A stretch of 64,000 nt of DNA from Candidatus Omnitrophota bacterium (GCA_030637405.1 DAOWGP010000034.1:1358-65357), one strand, 5' to 3'. Counted from the first letter of the stretch, positions 40,075 through 50,683 are shown. The notes: generated by a model not told the origin, from the letters alone. Numbers and translations: made by a program.

Positions 40075-40419
40075 TTACATCGGCAATACAAGCGTTTGCA
40101 ATTCCTTGATCTTTTTATCAAGATTCTCTTTAATTTCTACAGCTTTATCTAAACGGGTTTTCAGATCATTATTATATGCCTTGGTTTTCTCAAGAAACCC
40201 TTCGATTTGACCAATTTTATCCTGAGCTCTTTTCAACTCAGCTTTTAACGAGATGACTTTCACCTTAGATTTCTGAAAATTTTCTTCAGAAACCAAACGT
40301 TTATAACGTTCGCCATTTAGCTGCTCCTGCACATAACTCGCATCTTGACTATAACGTATGGCTAAGCCACAACTTAAAACAAGCAACACAATCACGAATC
40401 CGATTAATACAGTTCTCAT
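40075..40419 (-). CDS. Coiled-coil lipoprotein, hypothetical
   Basis: Signal peptide with lipobox VLSC, remainder predicted coiled-coil. Confidence 0.55.
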   Translation of the reverse strand: MRTVLIGFVIVLLVLSCGLAIRYSQDASYVQEQLNGERYKRLVSEENFQKSKVKVISLKAELKRAQDKIGQIEGFLEKTKAYNNDLKTRLDKAVEIKENLDKKIKELQTLVLPM

Positions 40420-40460
40420 TTTTACTTACCCTCGATAATAAGGTTATTAATAGATGAGCC

Positions 40461-41072
40461 CTACCTGCCTTCAGCCATAGTCTTAGGCAAAATAACGATC
40501 TCAACACGACGGTTTTCCTGTTTCCCTGCTTTAGTCGCATTCGACGCAACAGGACGGAATTCACCATATCCAGTTGCCGACAAACGTTTCGGATCGATTC
40601 CTTCCTTGTCCTCAAGATGATGCACAACGCTTAACGCCCTGGCCGCTGATAATTCCCAATTTGATTTCCAACCGGAAACTTTGATCGGCACATTATCCGT
40701 GTGCCCCTCGATCCCGACATTCAGATCAGAAACGGTCGTTTTCAAAACAGAAGCAACTTTATCCAATTTGCTCAATGAATCGGTACGAAGATCAGCTTTT
40801 CCGGAAGCAAACAGAACTTCGGACACAAAAGTGATAACCAAACCCTTTTCAAACATATCAACCTGCACTTCATTATCATCAATTTCAGAACTTAAACGGG
40901 ATTCTAGTTCCGCTTTTGCCCGCTCCAGATCGGTCAATTGACTCTTTAATTTGGAAATTTTTTCAACATCAGAACGTCTGCCTTTTTGAAATATCAAAGT
41001 GCACCCGCTTAAGGCAACGCTTATGATAACAACCAACAACAATGAAAGGAAATTCGAAAAATATTGGTTCAT
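40461..41072 (-). CDS. OmpA/MotB-domain lipoprotein with a coiled-coil linker
   Basis: Lipobox ALSGC; C-terminal OmpA-like peptidoglycan-binding domain (GHTDN...ELSAARA...ENRRVEIVI). Confidence 0.8.
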   Translation of the reverse strand: MNQYFSNFLSLLLVVIISVALSGCTLIFQKGRRSDVEKISKLKSQLTDLERAKAELESRLSSEIDDNEVQVDMFEKGLVITFVSEVLFASGKADLRTDSLSKLDKVASVLKTTVSDLNVGIEGHTDNVPIKVSGWKSNWELSAARALSVVHHLEDKEGIDPKRLSATGYGEFRPVASNATKAGKQENRRVEIVILPKTMAEGR

Positions 41073-41168
41073 GCTCTCTCCTCCTTTTAGAATAACTCAC
41101 AGTATCATAGGCAGAATTTAAAGTCAAGAAATTTATACCAACTTAATGCCCTGCAATAAGATAGGTTC

Positions 41169-42440
41169 CTAACGAATAATAATTTCATCCCGCTTTGTTC
41201 CTATCGAAATGTACTTGACCCCAACTTTTAGAAGCTGTTCAAGGCGTTTGATATACTTTCGTGCATTTTTAGGAAGATGGCGATAGGAACGTACCCCGCT
41301 GGTTGGCCGCATCCACCCATCCATTTCCTCATAAATCGGCTTTGCCTGGCTTAAAATCTCAAAATCCGTAGGAAAATCTTTATAAACCTTTCCTCGATAT
41401 CGATAACTCGTACATATCTTTATTTTTTTCAGGCCATCAAGAACATCCAGCTTCATAATCGCAAGATCAGAAATTCCGTTAACAATAACAGCATATCTAA
41501 CAAGGACGCTATCAAACCAGCCGCAACGACGCGGCCGCCCTGTCGTTGCCCCAAACTCATTGCCTTTTGTTCGGATTTCCTCCATGAGGCACGTTGAAAA
41601 TTCTGTCGGGAATGGTCCTTCGCCAACACGTGTCGTATAGGCTTTTACACACGCAATAGCTTTGTCAATTTTTGTCGGCGCGACACCGCTGCCTACGCAA
41701 ACACCGCCAACAATCGAGTTTGATGATGTCACGAAAGGATATGTTCCAAAATCAATATCCAGAAAAGTTCCTTGGGCCCCTTCAAAAAGAATTGACTTCT
41801 TTTTATCAATAGTCCTGTTAAGATACAGCATCGTATCACATATATACGGTGCCAGTTTTTTTCCATACGCGAAATATTCTTTATAAATACCTTCAAAAGA
41901 ATAAGCTTTATGATTAAAAACTTTCTGGAAGACTTCGTTCTTTTCTCTAAGATTATCTTCCAATTTCGCCTTGAGGATTCGGGGATTAAGCAGATCAACC
42001 ATCCGGATACCACAGCGGGTCACCTTATCGGCATAACATGGGCCAATTCCCCGTCCTGTTGTTCCAATTTTATTTTTTCGCTTTGTTTCACGCAATCCAT
42101 CGAGAACGCGATGATAGGGCATGACAACATGGCAGCGGTCGGAAATTTTTAACCGACTAGCAGGAACTTTCAGCCCCCTTTTCTCCAAGGCCTTGATCTC
42201 CTCAAGTAACGCGAGCGGGTCAACAACGACCCCATTGCCTATCACGCACACCTTTCCTTTATGCAAGATTGCCGAAGGAAGCAAGTGAAAGATATACTCT
42301 TTATTTCCGACAACAACGGTATGGCCAGCATTATTCCCGCCTTGATATCTAACCGTTACATCGGTATCCCTGGAAATAATATCAATAAGCTTTCCTTTAC
42401 CTTCATCGCCCCATTGAGCACCCATAACAACAAGGTTCAT
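41169..42440 (-). CDS. purA: Adenylosuccinate synthetase
   Basis: VVMGAQWGDEGKGKLIDI P-loop; 423 aa. Confidence 0.93.
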   Translation of the reverse strand: MNLVVMGAQWGDEGKGKLIDIISRDTDVTVRYQGGNNAGHTVVVGNKEYIFHLLPSAILHKGKVCVIGNGVVVDPLALLEEIKALEKRGLKVPASRLKISDRCHVVMPYHRVLDGLRETKRKNKIGTTGRGIGPCYADKVTRCGIRMVDLLNPRILKAKLEDNLREKNEVFQKVFNHKAYSFEGIYKEYFAYGKKLAPYICDTMLYLNRTIDKKKSILFEGAQGTFLDIDFGTYPFVTSSNSIVGGVCVGSGVAPTKIDKAIACVKAYTTRVGEGPFPTEFSTCLMEEIRTKGNEFGATTGRPRRCGWFDSVLVRYAVIVNGISDLAIMKLDVLDGLKKIKICTSYRYRGKVYKDFPTDFEILSQAKPIYEEMDGWMRPTSGVRSYRHLPKNARKYIKRLEQLLKVGVKYISIGTKRDEIIIR

Positions 42441-42541
42441 TAGATTCCTCTCTCTTAAGTGTAATCAAACTAACCTTTTGCGATCATACACAATATGTTA
42501 GTTCTCATCGTTTTACAATAATTCTTAATTTTCCTAAACAA

Positions 42542-43324
42542 TCACCTTGCAAGAAAATACCCCAATCCGATACCAACCGATAAAAACAAAGCGGCTGATA
42601 TCCCTTTGTAATACAGAATCATTTTCATCTTTTTTCTTGCTCGGCCTAAAAAAAGAATCACAATCCAAGCAGTGATTAAAGGCAAGTTCGCCGTAACACT
42701 ATAATAAAAAAAAGATAAAAACACAAACTTCGCGTTACCACCACTCATTAAATATGAATGAACAATAAAAATGTACTCGTCCTGAGGATATATCGAGCTG
42801 CACAAAGTTACGATAAAGCCGCTGCCCATGGCGAAGAGAATAAATCTTACAAAAATAAAAAATTTCTTTACTTTACCCGCTGGTTTTTCATCGCTGAGGG
42901 TTTCAAAAAAAGCCGGTACCTTGTACTTGAACCGTCCTGTATCAAAATATTTTTCGTATTGCCATCTATCACTAATATTTAAAAAGCCGAGAACAAGAAA
43001 AACTGCCGCAAGCAGAAAGTAAAGAATGCGAAGAGTGTGCATAACCACCGGGGTGGCAATAATATAGTCAAAAAATCCGGCTGCCAACCCAAAATGTGTT
43101 AACCCGGAGAACAGGATGAAAAGCAGGCCTAACCAAAAAACACGCTTTTGGGTGTATCCGACAAGCGAAAGATACATGATAAGGATCAGGGCCGATGCTA
43201 ACCCGCAAGGGTTGATACTGTCGCCAATACCAGCCGTGAAGGCTGGAAATAACGCAAACGAAGGGTATTGTTTTAAATTGTAACGATCCATGTAATTACT
43301 TAGACCTTCAGGAGTTTTATGCAT
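42542..43324 (-). CDS. Polytopic membrane protein, hypothetical; weak resemblance to CcdA/DsbD-type thiol-disulfide transporters
   Basis: About 7 TM helices; Cys in TM1 (SINPCGLASAL) and a second TM Cys (TLCSSIYP). Family not recognised with confidence. Confidence 0.4.
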   Translation of the reverse strand: MHKTPEGLSNYMDRYNLKQYPSFALFPAFTAGIGDSINPCGLASALILIMYLSLVGYTQKRVFWLGLLFILFSGLTHFGLAAGFFDYIIATPVVMHTLRILYFLLAAVFLVLGFLNISDRWQYEKYFDTGRFKYKVPAFFETLSDEKPAGKVKKFFIFVRFILFAMGSGFIVTLCSSIYPQDEYIFIVHSYLMSGGNAKFVFLSFFYYSVTANLPLITAWIVILFLGRARKKMKMILYYKGISAALFLSVGIGLGYFLAR

Positions 43325-43345
43325 AAAACATCAACACTATTCGGC

Positions 43346-44287
43346 TTAACCACGTCCTAACAAAGCATTACGTACATTTTCCGCGATTTCAATAGCAACG
43401 CTTACTTTGGCTTCAGAAGTTGCAGCTCCCAAGTGAGGCGTAACAATACAATTATCATGCTTCAACAAAGGTGAATCCTTCGATAGCGGTTCCTGTTCAA
43501 AAACGTCAAGCGCGCATCCCGCGATTTTTCCTTCTTCCAAAGCTTTCGTTAATGCCCTCTCATTAATGATCCCTCCCCGCGCACAATTGATTACCCGGGC
43601 TGTCTTTTTCATCAAACTAAATTCTTCATCTGAGATAAGGTTTTTCGTCTCCTCACTCTTAGGTGCATGTATTGTTATATAATCCGATTGCGTGAGCAAT
43701 TCTTTCAATCCAGTCATCGTAACATCTCTTAGGCCGACAGCTTCGATGGAAAGCAACGGATCATAGGCCAAGACATCCATGCCGAAAGCCTTGGCAAATT
43801 TCGCGACCGTCGAGCCAATACGGCCGAATCCAATGACCCCTAATGTCTTTTCATGAAGTTCAACGCCGCGGAATTTCAACCGGTCCCACTTTCCGGTTTT
43901 CAGAGAAGCGCATGCTTGGGGAATATTGCGCGATAATGCCAAGATCATGCTCATCGTATGCTCAGCCGTTGAGGTCGTGTTCCCCGAAGGCGTATTGATG
44001 GTAACAATACCTTTTTTTGCCGCCGCTTTCAGGTCAACGTTGTCTAACCCGACACCGGCACGGCCGATCACTTTAAGCTGGTCTGCCGCATCAAGAATAT
44101 CCGCAGTAACTTTTGTCCCACTGCGGATAATCAAAGCATGATAGTCTTTAATGATTGACTTTAACTCTTCCGGAGGCAATCCGAAGCTGCAATCCACTTC
44201 AAAATTTTTAACCGCTTTTAATATATTGATCCCCTCATCGGCAAGTTTGTCGCTTATTAAAATTCTCATCGGTATTCCATAATTCAA
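43346..44287 (-). CDS. D-isomer-specific 2-hydroxyacid dehydrogenase family (PGDH/SerA-like, no ACT domain)
   Basis: NAD-binding GFGRIGSTVA, catalytic R/E/H region; 313 aa. Confidence 0.8.
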   Translation of the reverse strand: MNYGIPMRILISDKLADEGINILKAVKNFEVDCSFGLPPEELKSIIKDYHALIIRSGTKVTADILDAADQLKVIGRAGVGLDNVDLKAAAKKGIVTINTPSGNTTSTAEHTMSMILALSRNIPQACASLKTGKWDRLKFRGVELHEKTLGVIGFGRIGSTVAKFAKAFGMDVLAYDPLLSIEAVGLRDVTMTGLKELLTQSDYITIHAPKSEETKNLISDEEFSLMKKTARVINCARGGIINERALTKALEEGKIAGCALDVFEQEPLSKDSPLLKHDNCIVTPHLGAATSEAKVSVAIEIAENVRNALLGRG

Positions 44288-44534
44288 TATTTAAAACTAA
44301 ACGCCTAAACACTGGATTTGTTATACAGCGCTTAGAGTTTCTTTGGTATAGAACATATTACAGCCTCGCAATGACCTCGCTCAGATTCTCTTAAAATTGT
44401 GGGGTGCGGTGATGAATAATCGACCGGCCGAGAACCGCGCATATTTCCGGCGGTATTTGTGTCGAACCGGGTGTGAGCAGTAAATTCTCTCTCATTTCTT
44501 TTATATTTTTCCAGACCAAATAGGAATAGGCCTA

Positions 44535-45146
44535 TTATTTCTTACCTTTGCCTGAGTGGATGATCACTTCATCGACAAGGCCATACTCTTTAGCCTCCTC
44601 AGCGGACATGAAATAATCGCGATCACAATCAGCTTGCACCTTTTCAAAATTCTGCTCGCTGTGATCAGCCAATATTTTCGTTAATTCTTCCTTCATGCGG
44701 AGGATTTCCTGAGCTTGAATGGAAATATCACTCGCGCTTCCCTGAACACCGCCCCACGGCTGATGGATCATAATCCGTGAATACGGCAGCGCGAAACGTT
44801 TGCCCTTTGCTCCGGCCGCTAGCAACAGCGATCCCATACTTGCCGCTTGGCCAATGCAATACGTACACACATCCGGTTTTACAAATTGCATCGTGTCATA
44901 GATCGCCAATCCGGCTGTTACGGCTCCCCCCGGAGAATTGATATAGATATTGATATCCTTATTGGCATCTTCGCTCTGAAGGAAAAGTAATTGAGCGATG
45001 ATAAGATTGGCGACCGTGTCATCAATCGCAGTTCCAATAAAAATAATTCTATCCTTCAAAAGACGGGAATAAATATCATAAGCCCTCTCACCTTGGCCGC
45101 TTTTTTCGACAACCATCGGTACTAATACTTGAGATTTCGGTTTCAT
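44535..45146 (-). CDS. clpP: ATP-dependent Clp protease proteolytic subunit
   Basis: [17 protein letters not shown]...[11 protein letters not shown] (active-site Ser), His/Asp; 203 aa. Confidence 0.93.
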   Translation of the reverse strand: MKPKSQVLVPMVVEKSGQGERAYDIYSRLLKDRIIFIGTAIDDTVANLIIAQLLFLQSEDANKDINIYINSPGGAVTAGLAIYDTMQFVKPDVCTYCIGQAASMGSLLLAAGAKGKRFALPYSRIMIHQPWGGVQGSASDISIQAQEILRMKEELTKILADHSEQNFEKVQADCDRDYFMSAEEAKEYGLVDEVIIHSGKGKK

Positions 45147-45147
45147 A

Positions 45148-46062
45148 TTATTTAGCCTCCTCCCACTTTGCCTCTTTTAATAAAAGTTCCATAGTCTTAG
45201 CCGGTAAATTTCCGCCTTCTTTAACTTCGATATTCTCGACCTGAGCGATTTTGTCGAGAATCAAATACACTTTAACATCACGCTCCACAGGATTACGCAA
45301 CTCCTTGCGCATTTCCTCTTCTTTCTTATTCATCTCTTCCGCCGAAAGGCCTTGGTCTTTTACCCTCTTTTTTTCTTCTTCAATCCGGTGCTCGATCTGC
45401 TTGCGCACCAATGTTTGCGGAACGGCCAATTTTGCCTTCTTTAAAAGATTTTCGATAATCTGATTTTCAATGTCAAAACGGTTTTGCCGGTCCTTATCTA
45501 ATTCTAGCTGCCGTGAAAGGGATTTCTTGAATTCCGCCAAATTTGGATATCCCAGGCCATGTGCAAAGGCATCATCAATCTCAGCACTTTTATCCTTCCC
45601 TTGCCCCTGCTTGAAATATTCCAATGTTTTATTTATTTCCTCATCGGTCACTTCCGAGCTTTTTCGTGTAACCTTAATCCCCTTGTAATGATCGATCTTG
45701 ACCTCAGGCTTAATGTCTAATTTGGCCGTAAAGGTAATCATTCCGTTTTTGAAATTAACATTTTCAATTTCCGGCATGTCAATAGGCGCCAGCTTCTCCC
45801 GCATAACCCCTTCATGATACACTTCCGGAATAAGCTTCTGAAAAACCTCATCCTGCGCATGTTTGCTATGTTGCGCCTCTAGGATATGCCGAGGCACTTT
45901 CCCCGTACGAAAACCTTTCACTTTAACGATCTTCCCCAGCTCTTTATAAACTTCATCAAATTTTTTCGAAACCCGTTCTTTCGAAATTTCAAATTTCAGT
46001 TCGCGTTTCACCGCATCAACTTTTTTAACTTCAACTTTCATTTCTTTTATGACTCCCTTCAT
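45148..46062 (-). CDS. tig: Trigger factor lacking the central FKBP-type PPIase domain
   Basis: GFRTGKVP ribosome-binding signature; only 304 aa. After the N-domain the sequence continues directly into a charged helical C-domain-like region; immediately upstream of clpP. Confidence 0.8.
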   Translation of the reverse strand: MKGVIKEMKVEVKKVDAVKRELKFEISKERVSKKFDEVYKELGKIVKVKGFRTGKVPRHILEAQHSKHAQDEVFQKLIPEVYHEGVMREKLAPIDMPEIENVNFKNGMITFTAKLDIKPEVKIDHYKGIKVTRKSSEVTDEEINKTLEYFKQGQGKDKSAEIDDAFAHGLGYPNLAEFKKSLSRQLELDKDRQNRFDIENQIIENLLKKAKLAVPQTLVRKQIEHRIEEEKKRVKDQGLSAEEMNKKEEEMRKELRNPVERDVKVYLILDKIAQVENIEVKEGGNLPAKTMELLLKEAKWEEAK

Positions 46063-46088
46063 TGTGTCTATTATATCGACCTAAAACC

Positions 46089-46811
46089 CTACATTTTAAA
46101 GCGCTCGCCCAAGTAAATCTTTTTCGCCTCCGGATCATTGATCAAGTCTTCTGCGGTTCCCGAAATCAAGATCCTTCCCTCAGCGATCAAATAAGCCCTA
46201 TCGGTAATAGCTAATGTTTCACGGACATTGTGATCGGTCAAAAGAATACCCAATCCTCTCGCCTTTAAATCTTTAATGATTTCCTGCGCTTCGGCGACAA
46301 CAATCGGGTCGATCCCGGAGAAAGGCTCGTCAAGAAGAAGAAATGAAGGATTTGTGACCAAGGCTCGTGTGATCTCCAATCGGCGCCGCTCGCCACCGGA
46401 TAATGTATAAGCCTTGCTCCTTGCCAAATGCGCGATATTGAGCTCTTCCAGCAATGATTCCAGGCGGCGCTTGCGCTCGCGGGGGCTGATATCCAGCGTT
46501 TCTAAAATTGCCATGATATTTTCTTCAACCGTTAAAGTCCGGAAAATCGACGCCTCTTGCGCAAGATATCCCATTCCCAAACGGCAGCGGGCATGAATGG
46601 ATTTTTTTGTAATATTTTCCTGGTCAAAGAAGATCTGCCCGGCATTAGCTTTGATAATACCTACGGTCATGTAAAAGGTTGTCGTTTTTCCCGCGCCGTT
46701 GGGTCCCAACAATCCAACAATTTCTGAACGGCCAACACTGATACTAAGCCCATCAACGACACGCCGATGTCCATATGTCTTGACTAAGTTTTTAGTTTCC
46801 AGAAGCTGCAA
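46089..46811 (-). CDS. lptB: LPS export ABC transporter ATP-binding protein
   Basis: Walker A GPNGAGKTTT, LSGGERRR signature; 240 aa; next to lptA-like and kds genes. Confidence 0.88.
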   Translation of the reverse strand: MQLLETKNLVKTYGHRRVVDGLSISVGRSEIVGLLGPNGAGKTTTFYMTVGIIKANAGQIFFDQENITKKSIHARCRLGMGYLAQEASIFRTLTVEENIMAILETLDISPRERKRRLESLLEELNIAHLARSKAYTLSGGERRRLEITRALVTNPSFLLLDEPFSGIDPIVVAEAQEIIKDLKARGLGILLTDHNVRETLAITDRAYLIAEGRILISGTAEDLINDPEAKKIYLGERFKM

Positions 46812-47625
46812 AAAGACTTCCCCCCTCAGTTAATAAAATTAATTTCGGGCTTCCTGATAAAGTCAGTTTTTGATCGACGGCATCATAAACCGCTTTTTTC
46901 GCAAAGCTCTTATTTTCTCCTTTTTCAATTTCAACATTTCCTAAGCAGACCATTTTTTTTATGCCGGTCATTTCTTTATCAAAATAAATTTCCATGCGAT
47001 CAGCTTTCAATGTTTGATCTTCTTGAACAGCTACAACATTATCTTCAAACATCGCTACAGATTCCGCCTGGTTAATAATCATAGGCCCGTCAGATGTGAT
47101 CGTAATCGTTTGACTTTCTTCTTTTTTTTCAGGATCTGTTTCGATCATAACGGTGACATCTTTCCGAATCTCAGCTGTCTTTAATCCCGGGCGGGCCTTC
47201 ATGCCCGTGCCAGTAGCCATCATCCGCTCATCGGTAATCACCACATCATCTTCTGTCGTAACTAAATCCTCCATTCTGTTCCAGTCCAATGAATCGGTCA
47301 TAAGCTGTTTACCATCTTCACTTGTGACCACAACATCGTCTTCCAAATGCATTTTTCCGCTGATCTGATCAACAGTTCCTGTTTTTGCTGTCACATTCAT
47401 TTTTTGATCACCGAAAGTGTTGGCATCAACATTCGAGAGGATTATTTCACTGCCCACTATGTCGGCAGTGTCACCATTAACATTCCATGCCTTTTCACCG
47501 CTATCATCGTACCCCTGCAGATTGAACCCCTGAAATTTTTGTTCGGGATCCTCAGCGGAAAGCCATCCCGCGCTTAGCAAAAACGTTAACCCAAAAATGA
47601 TGAAGATTTTTATTTTATGCCTCAT
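46792..47625 (-). CDS. lptA: OstA/LptA-family periplasmic LPS transport protein (long form, 277 aa)
   Basis: Cleavable signal peptide, beta-rich repetitive OstA-like sequence; position between kdsC and lptB. Confidence 0.65.
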   Translation of the reverse strand: MRHKIKIFIIFGLTFLLSAGWLSAEDPEQKFQGFNLQGYDDSGEKAWNVNGDTADIVGSEIILSNVDANTFGDQKMNVTAKTGTVDQISGKMHLEDDVVVTSEDGKQLMTDSLDWNRMEDLVTTEDDVVITDERMMATGTGMKARPGLKTAEIRKDVTVMIETDPEKKEESQTITITSDGPMIINQAESVAMFEDNVVAVQEDQTLKADRMEIYFDKEMTGIKKMVCLGNVEIEKGENKSFAKKAVYDAVDQKLTLSGSPKLILLTEGGSLFAASGN

Positions 47626-48142
47626 ATTTTCTCAAGATTGCAGGCCATTTTTTCTGCGTTTTTAAAATGAGTTCAATAACCTCTCTTACCGCACCGCATC
47701 CGCCTTTGCGTTTTGTAATATAGTCCGCCTTTTTTTTGACCTCGCTGACCGCATTGACAACAGCAACAGAAAAACCCACTTTTGTCAGAACCTCGATATC
47801 CGGAAGATCATCACCCATAAAACAAACCTGTGCGTCGCGAAGTTTGAAGTCCCGTAACAATTTTTGATAGACGGCGGTTTTTGGATACGCATCCTGACAA
47901 ACCGCATTAACTTTTAAATCTTTCGCCCGTGCCGTAACCGCGCCGGCTGACCGCGCTGATAAAATAGCCGTTTTAAGGCCCGCTCGCTGAAAAAGAACGA
48001 TCCCGAAGCCATCCTGGACATTGAACACCTTTATTTCCTTACCCTTTTCATCAAGGATAATATCACCCTTTGTAAGCACGCCATCAACATCAAGGATAAG
48101 AAGCTTAACTTTTTTAATTTTTTCTTTTAATCGCGTTTTCAT
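47615..48142 (-). CDS. kdsC: KDO 8-phosphate phosphatase
   Basis: HAD motif LLILDVDGVLT; 175 aa. Confidence 0.88.
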   Translation of the reverse strand: MKTRLKEKIKKVKLLILDVDGVLTKGDIILDEKGKEIKVFNVQDGFGIVLFQRAGLKTAILSARSAGAVTARAKDLKVNAVCQDAYPKTAVYQKLLRDFKLRDAQVCFMGDDLPDIEVLTKVGFSVAVVNAVSEVKKKADYITKRKGGCGAVREVIELILKTQKKWPAILRKYEA

Positions 48143-49098
48143 ACTAACCCTGCCTTTAGGAGATCCTGGACATCTAAGAGCCCCATGAGTTTACCTTTTC
48201 TATCGACAACCGGCAGCTCGTCAATCTTTTTATCTTGTAAGATCTGAAGAGCTTCCACAGCTAATTTATCTTTCGAAATCGTTGTGGGATTTTTGGTCAT
48301 AACCTCAAAGATTTTACGCTCCAGAAGCTTCCGATCCGTCTCAAGATGCCGCCGCAAATCGCCATCCGTAAAAATACCGACAAATTTCCCCTTTCCGTTT
48401 AAAACACACGCCGAACCGCATCGCGCCTGGGTGATCGCCAGCAAAACATCTTTGACGGCCATTCCCTCCTTAACCTTTGGATATTGAGCGCCGCGCCGCA
48501 TAATATCCTCAACTTTTAACAAGAGCCTGCGCCCCAGCGAGCCTCCGGGATGATAAAAGGCAAAGTTTTCCCTTTTGAATTCCCGCCGGACAATAAGACA
48601 AGCGGCAAGCGCGTCTCCCATGACAAGTGTTGCCGTCGTTGAAGCCATCGGCGCTAACCCCAACGGGCACCCTTCCTTCTTTACCGAGACATCCAGAACA
48701 ATATCGCTGTACTGCGCAAGAGTCGATTTTTGATTTCCGGTGAGCGCAATAATCTTCGATTTGATCTTTTTAACCAAAGGCAATAACCTTTTGATTTCAT
48801 CTGTCTCCCCGCTGCTCGAGATAACGATAACAACATCGTTTCTGGTCACTTGCCCCAAATCGCCATGGACCGCCTCGGCACTATGCATCCACAGGCTCGG
48901 CGTGCCTGTTGAAGACAGGGTTGCTGCAATTTTGCGCCCAATGATCCCTGTTTTTCCCATGCCGGTAACGATCACACGCCCTTTACACTTAGCAATAACA
49001 TCAACGGCCTTTGAAAAACGCCCGTCAATTCTTTTCGCCAAATCCTTGATGGCCTGCGCTTCGGTCCGAATAACTTCTATTGCTTTTTTAAGCGGCAT
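48139..49098 (-). CDS. kdsD: Arabinose-5-phosphate isomerase (SIS + CBS)
   Basis: SIS domain (VISSSGETDE) and tandem CBS; 319 aa. Confidence 0.88.
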   Translation of the reverse strand: MPLKKAIEVIRTEAQAIKDLAKRIDGRFSKAVDVIAKCKGRVIVTGMGKTGIIGRKIAATLSSTGTPSLWMHSAEAVHGDLGQVTRNDVVIVISSSGETDEIKRLLPLVKKIKSKIIALTGNQKSTLAQYSDIVLDVSVKKEGCPLGLAPMASTTATLVMGDALAACLIVRREFKRENFAFYHPGGSLGRRLLLKVEDIMRRGAQYPKVKEGMAVKDVLLAITQARCGSACVLNGKGKFVGIFTDGDLRRHLETDRKLLERKIFEVMTKNPTTISKDKLAVEALQILQDKKIDELPVVDRKGKLMGLLDVQDLLKAGLV

Positions 49099-49116
49099 AA
49101 ACGCTCCAGATGATCT

Positions 49117-49938
49117 TTATCGTTTAACAATTTTATCAATCGCCTTTAAATCAATGAGTAATTTTTCCAGCTTGTTGAGCTCTAGCATATTCGGCCCATC
49201 CGATAAAGCTTTTTTGGGATTGGGATGGACTTCCATGAATAAACCATCGCATCCAGCGGCAATGCCGCAACGCGATAATAGAGGAATGAATTCGCTATTG
49301 CCCCCGGAAACAGTTCCTAACCCTCCCGGTTGCTGGACACTGTGCGTCGCATCAAAAACAACCGGATATCCCGTCTTGCCCATGATCGCAAGAGAACGGA
49401 AATCCGTCACCAAATTGTTATAACCAAAACTTGTTCCGCGCTCGGTAAGAAGGATCTTTTTGTCGCCGGCATGCTCAATCTTCTTTATAGCCTGTTTGAT
49501 ATCAGCAGGAGCAAGAAATTGCCCTTTTTTGATATTAACGACCCGTTTTGTCTTTCCGGCAGCAATCAAAAGGTCCGTCTGCCGGCAGAGAAAAGCCGGA
49601 ATTTGCAATATGTCTAAAACTTTTGCGGCCTCGTCCACTTCCAAAACAGAATGAATATCGCTTAAGACCGGAACCTTAACTGTTTCTCTGATCTCTTTTA
49701 AAATTTCTAAACCGCGGCGTATTCCCGGCCCACGGAAAGAATTAACCGACGTTCGATTAGCTTTATCATAACTGGCTTTAAAAATAAACGGGACTTTAAG
49801 CTTAGACGTGATCCTTTTAATCGCCATAGCCGTTTTCAACGCTAGCTCTCTGCTCTCGATAACACACGGACCCGCGATAAGCACGAACGGCGTCTTTCCC
49901 CCCATTTTAATTTTTCCGATATTAACCGTTTTTCCCAT
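49117..49938 (-). CDS. kdsA: 2-dehydro-3-deoxyphosphooctonate aldolase (KDO-8-P synthase)
   Basis: FVLIAGPCVIES start; 273 aa. Confidence 0.9.
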   Translation of the reverse strand: MGKTVNIGKIKMGGKTPFVLIAGPCVIESRELALKTAMAIKRITSKLKVPFIFKASYDKANRTSVNSFRGPGIRRGLEILKEIRETVKVPVLSDIHSVLEVDEAAKVLDILQIPAFLCRQTDLLIAAGKTKRVVNIKKGQFLAPADIKQAIKKIEHAGDKKILLTERGTSFGYNNLVTDFRSLAIMGKTGYPVVFDATHSVQQPGGLGTVSGGNSEFIPLLSRCGIAAGCDGLFMEVHPNPKKALSDGPNMLELNKLEKLLIDLKAIDKIVKR

Positions 49939-49959
49939 TATGGCTCTACCCTCGCACTC

Positions 49960-50682
49960 TTATGATAATAATTTCTCAACACGGGCCAGATCTTCCTGCG
50001 TATCAACACCAATTGTTTCAATATCCGTCACAACCGTTTTGATCTTGTATCCGAATTCCAACGCTCTGAGCTGTTCCAATTGTTCGCATTTTTCTAAATG
50101 TGACTTCGGTAAACTTTTGTAAGAGAGAAGAAAATCTCGTCGGTAAGAATAGATCCCTAAATGCTTATAGTAGATCACTTCATCCTCATCATCACGATTG
50201 TAGGGAATAACAGACCTGGAAAAATAAAGCGCGTTCATCTCACCGTCAACAACAACCTTAACCACATTCGGGTCTTTCAATTCTTTTTTTGTCGTCACTA
50301 CTTTGATAGCCGTTCCCATCGAGCACGACGGATCTTCCACAAGAGTCGCAGCTAAAGCATCAACAACCGCATGATCAATCAAGGGTTCATCGCCCTGAAT
50401 ATTAACGATAATATCACCATCTATCGATTCAATCGCTTCAGCGATGCGGTCCGTTCCGGAAGCGTGATCTTTAGATGTTAGAACTGTTTTGGCTCCGAAT
50501 TGCTCAGCGACCACAATGACGCGGTCATCATCGCACGCAATGATCAAATCATTTAATAATTCACTTTTCTTTGAACGCTCCCAGACATGTTGGATCATCG
50601 GCTTGCCGTTAATCAACGCTAAAACTTTACCCTCAAACCGTGTCGATGCCCATCGGGCTGGTATGACACCAATGATCTTCAT
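49960..50682 (-). CDS. kdsB: 3-deoxy-manno-octulosonate cytidylyltransferase
   Basis: MKIIGVIPAR...STRFEGK; 240 aa. Confidence 0.9.
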   Translation of the reverse strand: MKIIGVIPARWASTRFEGKVLALINGKPMIQHVWERSKKSELLNDLIIACDDDRVIVVAEQFGAKTVLTSKDHASGTDRIAEAIESIDGDIIVNIQGDEPLIDHAVVDALAATLVEDPSCSMGTAIKVVTTKKELKDPNVVKVVVDGEMNALYFSRSVIPYNRDDEDEVIYYKHLGIYSYRRDFLLSYKSLPKSHLEKCEQLEQLRALEFGYKIKTVVTDIETIGVDTQEDLARVEKLLS

Positions 50683-50683
50683 T

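Noticed and set aside
44401-44480. Possible tRNA or tmRNA fragment suggested by GGTTCGA on the minus strand (ccggttcgacac)
   Set aside because: No complementary T-stem, no acceptor stem or CCA context, and no D/anticodon arm can be folded. This is just a GC-rich patch in the clpP upstream spacer.
48740-49423. 227-aa plus-strand ORF
   Set aside because: Antisense to kdsD and kdsA, with no motifs; the minus-strand genes are unambiguous.
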